DNA from: a virus
Taxonomy: Duplodnaviria > Heunggongvirae > Uroviricota > Caudoviricetes
Direction: 5' to 3' (one strand)
Length of the DNA stretch: 31,226 bases
Virus record (IMG/VR): IMGVR_UViG_2541047916_000004
The notes beneath the pieces are model-generated. The model was not told the origin of the DNA. It did not search any database and worked only from the letters and a program-made list of their open reading frames with translations. The position numbers were made by a program, and so were the translations under genes. Positions within the stretch are counted from its first letter, which is position 1. Every line of letters begins with the position of its first letter. Positions 16,391 to 23,314 of this stretch are shown here, in pieces.

Positions 16391-16625
16391 TCACAATTCA
16401 GTAAGTTGACAGTTGCCTGTCAGACTGGGCATTTGTTAAAAAAATTTCGCATGGTGAATCCCCCTGAGCGGAGGGGCGACTGGTGACGGTATAATCTCTG
16501 ATTATCAAAACGAGAATGACGCGGGTTTAGTGGCACCGGGTTGAACTCACCGGGAGGCACCCGGCACCATGTGCATGATGATACAGATACGCGGCTTTAG
16601 CCCCTCTCCGGAGGGGCTTTCTTAT
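16391..16625 (+). repeat. Copy B of the tandem paralogous element (candidate sRNA unit)
   Basis: Same conserved blocks as copy A in the same order, including a perfect TATAAT (GGTATAATC) and the terminal GCCCCTC-TCCG-GAGGGGC hairpin followed by TTTCTT. Confidence 0.45.
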
Positions 16626-16629
16626 GGAC

Positions 16630-16658
16630 AAAAAAAGCCCGCGCTGGGAGACGCGGGC
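16630..16658 (-). terminator. Rho-independent terminator readable on the minus strand
   Basis: Minus strand reads GCCCGCG-TCTCCCA-GCGCGGGC followed by TTTTTTT (plus-strand A-run 16630-16636); lies back-to-back with the plus-strand terminator of copy B. Confidence 0.4.
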
Positions 16659-16851
16659 GGCAAGGAATAAACAATAAAACGTGAAGTAATATTTCAGCTG
16701 GCGAATAATACCCCATAGTAATCACTCTGCGCAACTGCGCGGTCTTTTTCGAATTGCGGGCTGTAGTCTCCCTTCTGCCATTGTCCTGTAACTTCCGGAC
16801 TTCAGCCTGCTCCTTATCTGACTCACAACATTATCCCGCCCGGGAGGATTC

Positions 16852-18705
16852 ATGGCATTTAAACACTATGACGTGGTCAGGGCGGCATCGCCGTCAGACC
16901 TTGCGAAACGACTGACACAAAAACTGAAGGAGGGCTGGCAGCCGTTTGGTAGTCCGGTGGCCATAACCCCTTATACCCTGATGCAGGCGATTGCAGCAGA
17001 AGGTGATGTGGTCGTCAGTGGTGCAACTGAGCCGGAGTGGTACTACGTCATCGTACTGGCCGGGCAATCCAATGCCATGGCTTACGGTGAAGGGCTTCCG
17101 CTTCCGGATTCATACGATGCGCCCCATCCGCGCATTAAGCAACTGGCCCGTCGTAACACAGTGACTCCCGGTGGTGAAGTATGCGTATTTAACGACATCA
17201 TTCCTGCTGACCATTGTCTGCATGATGTTCAGGATATGAGTACGATTAACCATCCCCGGGCTGACCTGAGCAAAGGGCAGTACGGCTGTGTCGGACAGGG
17301 CTTACATATTGCCAAAAAACTGCTTCCGTATATCCCTAATAATGCGGGGATCCTGCTGGTACCATGCTGTCGTGGTGGTTCGGCATTCACCCAGGGCACG
17401 GAGGGGACATTCAGCGAGTCCACGGGAGCCAGTCAGGATTCGGCTCGCTGGGGAGTGGGTAAGCCGTTATATCAGGATCTGCTTTTCCGCACGAAGGCAG
17501 CATTGCAGAAAAACCCGAAAAACGTTTTGCTGGCGATATGCTGGATGCAGGGGGAATTCGATATGACGAATGCCAGTTACGCCCAGCAGCCAGCAGCATT
17601 TCTTGCAATGGTACAGCAGTTCCGTGCTGACCTTGCCGGGCTGGCGGCGCAGTGTCACGGTGGAAGTCCGGCATCAGTCCCCTGGATTTGTGGCGACACG
17701 ACATACGCGTGGAAACAAGAACACGGTACGCAATATGAAGTGGTATATGGTGCATATAAAGGTAAAGAATCCCAGCAGATTTATTTTGTTCCCTTTATGA
17801 CCGATGGTAGCGGAGTTAATACACCGACAAACAACCCGTCAGAAGATCCTGATATTGCCGGGTCTGGTTATTACGGTTCGGCATCCCGAACGAACAAAAA
17901 CTGGGTATCATCAAATCGCCCGACGCATTTCAGCTCATGGGCGCGTCGTGGCATTATTCCCGATCGTATGGCAACTGCTATTCTGAACGTAGCCGGTCGC
18001 ACCTTAGCCTTCATTAGTGGTAAGGCACCGGAAATCAAACCCTCGCCCGGCGGCGACACGCCATCGGGGCCGTCTGAAGATGCATCCATACGCACAATCT
18101 CCCTGTTGCCGACAGCCGGAGACGCTGCTGCGCAGGGCTGGAGCATTAAGAATGGCGGAATTCAGTTGTCAGATGGTGTATTTAAGATCACCAAGCAGAG
18201 CAATAAAGCCTGGTCCCTGACGCGCCCGGTGGATGACGCAGTCTCCCTGCTGACACGGGGTGGCAGACTGAGCTGTAAGTTTCGACTGTCAGGCGCACTG
18301 ACCAACAACCAGTTCGGTCTGGGAATTTATCTGTATACCGATGTAGCGTTACCTGACGTCGTGGCGATGACCGGGACTGGTAACCCGTTCCTGATGTCGT
18401 TCTTCACCCAGACCACAGACGGCAAACTGAATCTGATGCATCACAAGAAAGCAGGAAACACAAAGTTGGGCGAGTTCGGGAATTACAGTAACGACTGGCA
18501 GACGCTGGAGCTGGTGTTCACCGCCGGCAGTGCCACGGTTACTCCGAAACTGAATGGAGTGGCTGGCCCGGCATTCCAGGTCATAAAAGACAGTCTGACA
18601 CTGGGGCTGAATGCGCTGACGCTGACGGATATTACCAAAAATGCAGCGTATGGCGTTGAGATAGAAAGTCTGGTGCTGGAGATAAATGCACCGGCATCAT
18701 CATAA
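16852..18705 (+). CDS. nanS: NanS-p-like prophage sialate O-acetylesterase (N-terminal DUF1737-like region plus SGNH-type esterase)
   Basis: 617-aa ORF with GGGAGG RBS; N-terminus MAFKHYDVVRAASPSDLAKRL... and esterase-like core (VLAGQSNAMAYGEG); occupies the position just downstream of stx in Shiga-toxin phages. Confidence 0.8.
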   Translation: MAFKHYDVVRAASPSDLAKRLTQKLKEGWQPFGSPVAITPYTLMQAIAAEGDVVVSGATEPEWYYVIVLAGQSNAMAYGEGLPLPDSYDAPHPRIKQLARRNTVTPGGEVCVFNDIIPADHCLHDVQDMSTINHPRADLSKGQYGCVGQGLHIAKKLLPYIPNNAGILLVPCCRGGSAFTQGTEGTFSESTGASQDSARWGVGKPLYQDLLFRTKAALQKNPKNVLLAICWMQGEFDMTNASYAQQPAAFLAMVQQFRADLAGLAAQCHGGSPASVPWICGDTTYAWKQEHGTQYEVVYGAYKGKESQQIYFVPFMTDGSGVNTPTNNPSEDPDIAGSGYYGSASRTNKNWVSSNRPTHFSSWARRGIIPDRMATAILNVAGRTLAFISGKAPEIKPSPGGDTPSGPSEDASIRTISLLPTAGDAAAQGWSIKNGGIQLSDGVFKITKQSNKAWSLTRPVDDAVSLLTRGGRLSCKFRLSGALTNNQFGLGIYLYTDVALPDVVAMTGTGNPFLMSFFTQTTDGKLNLMHHKKAGNTKLGEFGNYSNDWQTLELVFTAGSATVTPKLNGVAGPAFQVIKDSLTLGLNALTLTDITKNAAYGVEIESLVLEINAPASS

Positions 18706-18790
18706 AAAGTGAGCCAGCCAAATGGAAGGTATCGTTAAACTCACCGGTAGTGTCAGTGGGTCGTCTGAGACGCCTGCATGAGTTATCAGA

Positions 18791-18820
18791 GCCATCAGTA
18801 CTTAACTGGTGGCTTTTTTT
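18791..18820 (+). terminator. Rho-independent terminator after nanS-p
   Basis: GCCATCAG-TACTTAA-CTGGTGGC (one G-U wobble) followed by TTTTTTT. Confidence 0.5.
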
Positions 18821-18855
18821 ATTGTTGTCAGCTTCCGGATAACGGGAGACGGGGT

Positions 18856-19071
18856 ATGTACCAGATGGAAAAAATCACAACAGGTGTGTCATACACCACG
18901 TCAGCGGTGGGAACGGGCTACTGGTTCCTGCAGTTGCTGGACAGGGTTTCCCCGTCTCAGTGGGCGGCAATAGGCGTGCTGGGGAGTCTGCTGTTTGGGC
19001 TGCTGACATATCTGACTAACCTGTATTTCAAAATCAGAGAGGACCGTCGTAAGGCGGCACGGGGAGAGTAA
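18856..19071 (+). CDS. S: Pinholin, phage 21 S21-like (dual-start holin/antiholin)
   Basis: 71-aa [74 protein letters not shown], closely resembling the S21 pinholin; Met1 and Met4 give the dual-start motif; upstream part of the longer ORF from 18778 is discarded. Confidence 0.85.
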   Translation: MYQMEKITTGVSYTTSAVGTGYWFLQLLDRVSPSQWAAIGVLGSLLFGLLTYLTNLYFKIREDRRKAARGE

Positions 19072-19075
19072 TTCA

Positions 19076-19420
19076 ATGACTCAAAACTATGAACTGATTG
19101 TGAAAGGGATCCGCAATTTTGAGAATAAAGTTACGGTAACTTTAGCGTTACGGGACAAAAAACGCTTTGACGGTGAAATTTTTGACCTGGACATCTCGCT
19201 GGACCGTGTTGAAGGTGCCGCGCTGGAGTTTTATGAGGCAGCAGCCAGAAGGAGCATCAGACAGGTCTTCCTGGATGTTGCTGCCGGGTTATGTGAAGGG
19301 GATGAGCAGTCGCCGGAAAAGCGCCCCGTAATTTTAGAGGCGCAGGATGTGTTGATAACCTACAGAGGAAAACTACCGGGAATAATTACGGGTTCTCTGA
19401 AGAGTCCGCCGAAATGGTAA
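19076..19420 (+). CDS. Hypothetical protein inserted between holin and endolysin
   Basis: 114-aa ORF starting 4 nt after the holin stop, with GGGAGAG RBS; no recognisable motif. Confidence 0.55.
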   Translation: MTQNYELIVKGIRNFENKVTVTLALRDKKRFDGEIFDLDISLDRVEGAALEFYEAAARRSIRQVFLDVAAGLCEGDEQSPEKRPVILEAQDVLITYRGKLPGIITGSLKSPPKW

Positions 19421-19658
19421 TTTTACCAGCATATTTTTCATCCAGTAATACAGCAAGCCGCCTGAAAGAGTCTTGTTGTTCCTGAGACCATTTGGGATTG
19501 CATGATTCAAACTGGATTGATGCCAGCGTTGATTGCATCTGTTCCCTTGGAATTGAGAATGCCAGATATGAGAAGGCGACGGTAAGGGTATTCACGTCTT
19601 CCCGAAGCCTGGAAATGCTGTCGAGCAACTCCTGTAGAGAAATGGTGTTATTGTCCAT
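19386..19658 (-). CDS. Hypothetical protein, antisense to the lysis operon
   Basis: 90-aa ORF with GAGGA RBS 7 nt upstream of ATG on the minus strand; 3' end overlaps the convergent 114-aa gene by 35 bp; relatively AT-rich. Confidence 0.5.
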   Translation of the reverse strand: MDNNTISLQELLDSISRLREDVNTLTVAFSYLAFSIPREQMQSTLASIQFESCNPKWSQEQQDSFRRLAVLLDEKYAGKITISADSSENP

Positions 19659-19763
19659 AAATAATCCTCATGATTGTATTGACCTGTTAGCAGCCTGAGG
19701 CAACAGGCTGGAACTGATAAACATATCCAGGGCTCAGAAACCGATAAATCCTGATAAATATCC

Positions 19764-20297
19764 ATGAACGCAAAAATCAGATACGGCCTGTCGGCTGCCG
19801 TTCTGGCGCTGATTGCCGCTGGTGCGCCTGCGCCTGACATTCTCGACCAGTTTCTGGATGAAAAGGAAGGTAACCACACCACGGCATACCGTGATGGCGC
19901 GGGTATCTGGACCATCTGCCGCGGTGCCATCCTGGTGGATGGCAAACCTGTCGTTCCGGGCATGAAGTTGTCGAAGGAAAAATGCGACCGGGTTAACGCC
20001 ATTGAGCGTGATAAGGCGCTGGCATGGGTGGAGAAAAACATCAAAGTGCCATTGAGCGAACCCCAGAAAGCGGGGATCGCGTCATTCTGTCCGTACAACA
20101 TTGGTCCCGGTAAGTGTTTCCCGTCGACGTTTTATAAACGAATTAATGCAGGTGATCGCAGGGGAGCGTGTGAGGCGATTCGCTGGTGGATTAAGGACGG
20201 TGGCAGAGACTGCCGTATTCGTTCAAACAACTGCTACGGTCAGGTATCCCGTCGTGACCAGGAGAGCGCGCTGGCGTGCTGGGGTATCGACAGATAA
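19764..20297 (+). CDS. R: SAR endolysin (T4-lysozyme-like, GH24)
   Basis: 177-aa ORF; N-terminal signal-anchor-release segment LSAAVLALIAAGAPAP; catalytic region EGNHTTAYRDGAGIWTICRG; functional partner of an S21-type pinholin. Confidence 0.9.
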   Translation: MNAKIRYGLSAAVLALIAAGAPAPDILDQFLDEKEGNHTTAYRDGAGIWTICRGAILVDGKPVVPGMKLSKEKCDRVNAIERDKALAWVEKNIKVPLSEPQKAGIASFCPYNIGPGKCFPSTFYKRINAGDRRGACEAIRWWIKDGGRDCRIRSNNCYGQVSRRDQESALACWGIDR

Positions 20298-20388
20298 GCA
20301 GAATATTTTGCTGAAAAATGCGGTTTGCTTACACGGACGGATAACACGAAATCCTGCGAACTGACAAAAACTAAGTGAATAAAAGTAA

Positions 20389-20427
20389 AAACCCCGTTTG
20401 TTGGCAGCAAGCGGGGTTTTGTTTTTA
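20389..20427 (+). terminator. Strong rho-independent terminator downstream of the endolysin
   Basis: CCCCGTTTG-TTGGCAG-CAAGCGGGG (9-bp stem with one G-U) followed by TTTTGTTTTT. Confidence 0.6.
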
Positions 20428-20491
20428 TGGCAGTAAGCTATGGGAGGCTGCCTTGATTGATTTTAGCAAACTGATTAGGGAGTTGCGACTC

Positions 20492-20587
20492 ATGATTAGT
20501 CAATTACCAAACTGGAAATTTTTGCTGGTCTGGAGCATCCCTTTTTTATGGGTAGTATCCCAGTTAATTGTGGCAATTAAGGGGTAG
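20492..20587 (+). CDS. Small hydrophobic peptide 1 (31 aa)
   Basis: ATG preceded by AGGGAG; MISQLPNWKFLLVWSIPFLWVVSQLIVAIKG, a single predicted TM segment; below the 60-aa ORF-track cutoff as a stand-alone gene. Confidence 0.35.
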   Translation: MISQLPNWKFLLVWSIPFLWVVSQLIVAIKG

Positions 20588-20589
20588 CT

Positions 20590-20721
20590 ATGTCAGACAA
20601 ACTCATAACGCCGGCAAAGGTCCTGTGTGTGATTGTCGGTATTTCATTTTCACTAATGCTGGTTGCTCTTTTTCTGTCCCTCGCCTGGGTGATGTTGTCT
20701 TCGTCGGGGCTGCTGGGGTGA
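20590..20721 (+). CDS. Small hydrophobic peptide 2 (43 aa)
   Basis: ATG preceded by AAGGGG with 5-nt spacer; MSDKLITPAKVLCVIVGISFSLMLVALFLSLAWVMLSSSGLLG; starts 2 nt after the peptide 1 stop. Confidence 0.4.
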   Translation: MSDKLITPAKVLCVIVGISFSLMLVALFLSLAWVMLSSSGLLG

Positions 20722-20840
20722 CAGTGACTGATGACATCAGCAGAGCGCTGGCTTTTGCTATTAAGTGGGTGGCTGTTGGTATTGCTGTGTCTCCGATGCT
20801 GTATGGGCTGGCAAAACTGGTCATTGCGCTGAAATCGTGA
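20718..20840 (+). CDS. Small hydrophobic peptide 3 (about 40 aa, GTG start)
   Basis: GTG overlapping the peptide 2 stop (GTGA); ...SRALAFAIKWVAVGIAVSPMLYGLAKLVIALKS; start codon choice uncertain. Confidence 0.3.
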   Translation: MTVTDDISRALAFAIKWVAVGIAVSPMLYGLAKLVIALKS

Positions 20841-20851
20841 ACTTTAAAAAG

Positions 20852-20938
20852 ATGAGTGCTGAACTTATTCGGGCAATGGCATTTGCCATTCGTATTGTGG
20901 CCATTGCTGTTCTGGTCTGGGCAATCCGTTGGTGGTGA
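20852..20938 (+). CDS. Small hydrophobic peptide 4 (28 aa)
   Basis: [28 protein letters not shown]; shares the motif A(L/M)AFAI(K/R) with peptide 3; stop is 1 nt before the Rz start; weak RBS. Confidence 0.3.
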   Translation: MSAELIRAMAFAIRIVAIAVLVWAIRWW

Positions 20939-20939
20939 T

Positions 20940-21434
20940 ATGAACCGTGTTCTGTGTGTGGTGATTATTGTCATGCTGGTAGCCTGTGGTGTGCTTAGTC
21001 TGGGGCTGAATCATTACCGCGATAACGCCATCACCTACAAAGCGCAGCGCGATAAAAAAGTCAGTGAGCTGAAACTGGCGAATGCCACTATTACTGACAT
21101 GCAGCAGCGCCAGCGAGATGTCGCTGCGCTTGATGCCAGATACACGAAGGAATTAGCCGATGCGAGAGCTGAAAATGAAACTCTGCGCGCTGATGTTGCC
21201 GCTGGTCGTAAGCGCCTGCGGGTCAACGCCACCTGCCCCGGTACCGTGCGTGAAGCCACCGGCACCTCCAGCGTGGATAATGCAACCGGCCCCCGACTGG
21301 CAGACACCGCTGAACGGGATTATTTCATCCTCAGAGAACGGTTGATGACAATGCAGAAGCAGCTGGAAGGGGCGCAGGAATATATCCGCACTCAGTGCAC
21401 TAAGCTGGCTTTTTATTATCCGGAGGATACATGA
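20940..21434 (+). CDS. Rz: Rz i-spanin
   Basis: 164 aa from ATG 20940: N-terminal TM ([18 protein letters not shown]) then a coiled-coil periplasmic domain; contains an embedded Rz1 ORF in another frame. Confidence 0.85.
   Translation: MNRVLCVVIIVMLVACGVLSLGLNHYRDNAITYKAQRDKKVSELKLANATITDMQQRQRDVAALDARYTKELADARAENETLRADVAAGRKRLRVNATCPGTVREATGTSSVDNATGPRLADTAERDYFILRERLMTMQKQLEGAQEYIRTQCTKLAFYYPEDT
21175..21345 (+). CDS. Rz1: Rz1 o-spanin lipoprotein (embedded in Rz)
   Basis: [15 protein letters not shown] lipobox signal followed by a proline-rich mature region ([16 protein letters not shown]); fully nested in a different frame within Rz. Confidence 0.8.
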   Translation: MKLCALMLPLVVSACGSTPPAPVPCVKPPAPPAWIMQPAPDWQTPLNGIISSSENG

Positions 21435-21655
21435 AGAAATTACGGGTAACCGTAGAACCTTTTCAGGGAACAATTCCGTTCCGTATTTTGCAGCGTGGTC
21501 GTGTTCTTGTTGAAGGTTCGTTCAGTGGTAAATGTACGCAATTACACTCCCGGACCTTTCAGGTGAATGCCACGAATGAAGAGCTAACCGTGGAGTGTAC
21601 GATGAATGCCGCTAAATGCCGCATGGTATCCGCTGCATTACAACCAGTGTGTTGA
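21431..21655 (+). CDS. Hypothetical protein
   Basis: 74-aa ORF whose ATG overlaps the Rz stop (ATGA). Confidence 0.45.
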   Translation: MKKLRVTVEPFQGTIPFRILQRGRVLVEGSFSGKCTQLHSRTFQVNATNEELTVECTMNAAKCRMVSAALQPVC

Positions 21656-21853
21656 GCGACCTTATTATCCATGCGCGGTATTGTCGCCGTATTCCTGCAT
21701 TAACAGAGACCGCAGCCCGACAGGGAGACTCCTCTGCGCGAGTGTGCGGGGATAATCAAAAACGATACACACCGGGGTTTACCGCGTTAACGGAGCGCGG
21801 CGTTGTCCCCTCATAGTCGCCTGTCCGGTGCGATGGTGGAAGAAACCGAACGT

Positions 21854-22054
21854 TCATTTCTCGTTATTTGTCATGCTGGCCGGGCGCAGATGCGTTGCAT
21901 CTGTTGCCAGCCTTCTCCTGCAGGCTTCAATAACCCACGCTGAAAAGTTACCGGACCCTTTATGCTCAAGGGCGATGTTGATCTGTTCAATTATGTGATT
22001 GGGGAAACGGATATTGCGGGTTGTGGTTCTGCGGGTCCGGTTTTTCGATGACAT
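21854..22054 (-). CDS. Ribbon-helix-helix-like small DNA-binding protein
   Basis: 66 aa from the internal ATG at 22054 with AAGGA RBS 9 nt upstream; NIRFPNHIIEQINIALEHKGSGNFSAWVIEACRRRL resembles an RHH fold; the longer upstream extension is discarded. Confidence 0.5.
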   Translation of the reverse strand: MSSKNRTRRTTTRNIRFPNHIIEQINIALEHKGSGNFSAWVIEACRRRLATDATHLRPASMTNNEK

Positions 22055-22095
22055 ATTTATTTCCTTTACTGATTGCCATATGACGGGGATTTTAC

Positions 22096-22461
22096 ATGGC
22101 TGAGCTTCGTACACTCCAGAGCAGAATCAAAACACTGAATACCCGACGGGTGAATATTCTGAAGGGGGAGCAGCGTCGTGTCAGTGGCAGTGCACGTGTT
22201 TCCCTCAAGCGTCATATCTGGCTGAGGGACGCCGGGCAGTGCTGTATCTGTGGTCGTGTGGTTGACCTCTGTGACAGTGAACTCGATCACCGAATTGCAC
22301 TTCAGTTCGGTGGTGGTAATGAGGAGACGAATCTTTGGACGCTCTGTGCCGAATGCCATCGACAAAAGTCTGCTCGTGAAGCGGCGAGTGGTATGCCGGA
22401 CCCGACGCTGCCGGAGGTGTCCGGAGGTAGTGGCAGAGAGGACGACATCATCGGACTGTAA
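22096..22461 (+). CDS. HNH endonuclease (terminase-associated)
   Basis: 121-aa ORF with CCICG...DHRIALQFGG...N...CAECH motif; located just upstream of the packaging site and terminase genes. Confidence 0.85.
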   Translation: MAELRTLQSRIKTLNTRRVNILKGEQRRVSGSARVSLKRHIWLRDAGQCCICGRVVDLCDSELDHRIALQFGGGNEETNLWTLCAECHRQKSAREAASGMPDPTLPEVSGGSGREDDIIGL

Positions 22462-22552
22462 CCCAACCCGGGGGGGTATCATCCGGCGTAAAAAACGATC
22501 GCTTTGGACACCGCGCCCCCTCTCACGCAGAGAAAAAATTCCCGTTTCAGGG

Positions 22553-22679
22553 CAGTTAACATGTTAACTGGCTGCCCGGGCATTTTTGCGGTTTTTATCT
22601 TTATTATTCAGTTTGTTGTGCGGAAAAAATGTTAACAGGCTTTTTCAGCAAATGTTAACCAGGCAGCAGTTAACATTTG
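22553..22679. repeat. GTTAAC-containing palindrome/repeat cluster, candidate packaging recognition site
   Basis: Perfect 18-bp palindrome CAGTTAACATGTTAACTG (22553-22570) plus AATGTTAACAGG, AATGTTAACCAGG and CAGTTAACATTTG within 130 bp, immediately upstream of terS. Confidence 0.4.
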
Positions 22680-22750
22680 CGGCATGAGACGCCGGGAAAA
22701 ATGGGCTGAACCATACCCGGCTGAGTGCGTTCTGGACCCGGGAGGAGGCT

Positions 22751-23314
22751 GTGCTGACAACGCAAAAACGAAAATTTGCGCTGGCGCTCATGTCCGGGAA
22801 AAACAAAACAGCGTCAGCCATTGCCGCCGGTTATTCGGCGAAGACCGCCAGGGTTAAAGGCTCGCAGCTGGCAAAAGATCCGGAGGTGCTTGCGTTTATA
22901 GCCCGTAAACAATGCGAGACGGTGGAGGTGGATGAGGTTCCTGTTTACCGGCAGAAAAAATCAGAGCAGGAGGATAAACCCCGTCGCCGTGAGGCGGCTG
23001 CAATACCACAGCCGGACGAAAACAATCCGGAGATGCCACCGTCCGCGGTGATGTCTCCTGGTATTGAATATATGGAGGATGGTCTTCCCGATCCGGTGAA
23101 AGCCATGGGGCGGATCCTGGTGGAAAACCTCTGCATTGATCCGAAACTGGCACTGGATGCGGCCTGGCGTCTGGCGCAGTTCACGCACCATAAAAAAGGG
23201 GATACCGGGAAAAAATCGGCAAAAGGTGATGCCGCGAAAAAAGCGGCTAACCGTTTTGCGGTGCCACCGCCACCCCGACTGGTGGTGAATAACGATAATG
23301 AGGGCAACGGATGA
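22751..23314 (+). CDS. terS: Terminase small subunit
   Basis: 187-aa ORF, GTG start after GGAGGAGG; N-terminal HTH-like region (KTASAIAAGYSAKTARVKGSQL); coupled by ATGA to terL. Confidence 0.8.
   Translation: MLTTQKRKFALALMSGKNKTASAIAAGYSAKTARVKGSQLAKDPEVLAFIARKQCETVEVDEVPVYRQKKSEQEDKPRRREAAAIPQPDENNPEMPPSAVMSPGIEYMEDGLPDPVKAMGRILVENLCIDPKLALDAAWRLAQFTHHKKGDTGKKSAKGDAAKKAANRFAVPPPPRLVVNNDNEGNG

Noticed and set aside
15921-16662. Possible CRISPR array or ERIC-type repeat in the tRNA-nanS interval
   Set aside because: Only two copies, each about 220 bp and internally complex, with no short uniform repeats separated by spacers, so not a CRISPR array. The only resemblance to ERIC that I can recall is a roughly 10-bp match (GTGAATCCCC), too little to call.
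15880-16850. Search for stxA/stxB-like toxin genes downstream of the tRNA cluster
   Set aside because: No ORF of suitable size or signal peptide and no AB5 toxin signature in any frame; the interval is occupied by repeats and hairpins instead.
18778-19071. 97-aa version of the holin ORF
   Set aside because: S21-type pinholins are about 68-71 aa with a dual-start motif; the MYQM start at 18856 has an RBS and fits the family, and the upstream extension overlaps the nanS-p terminator.
20375-20587. 70-aa ORF starting at GTG 20375
   Set aside because: The 5' part reads through the strong terminator hairpin at 20389-20427; only the 3' portion from ATG 20492 (31 aa, with AGGGAG RBS) is kept as a candidate small peptide.
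22066-22482. 138-aa minus-strand ORF
   Set aside because: Entirely antisense to the well-supported HNH endonuclease gene, with no RBS and no motif; treated as a shadow ORF.
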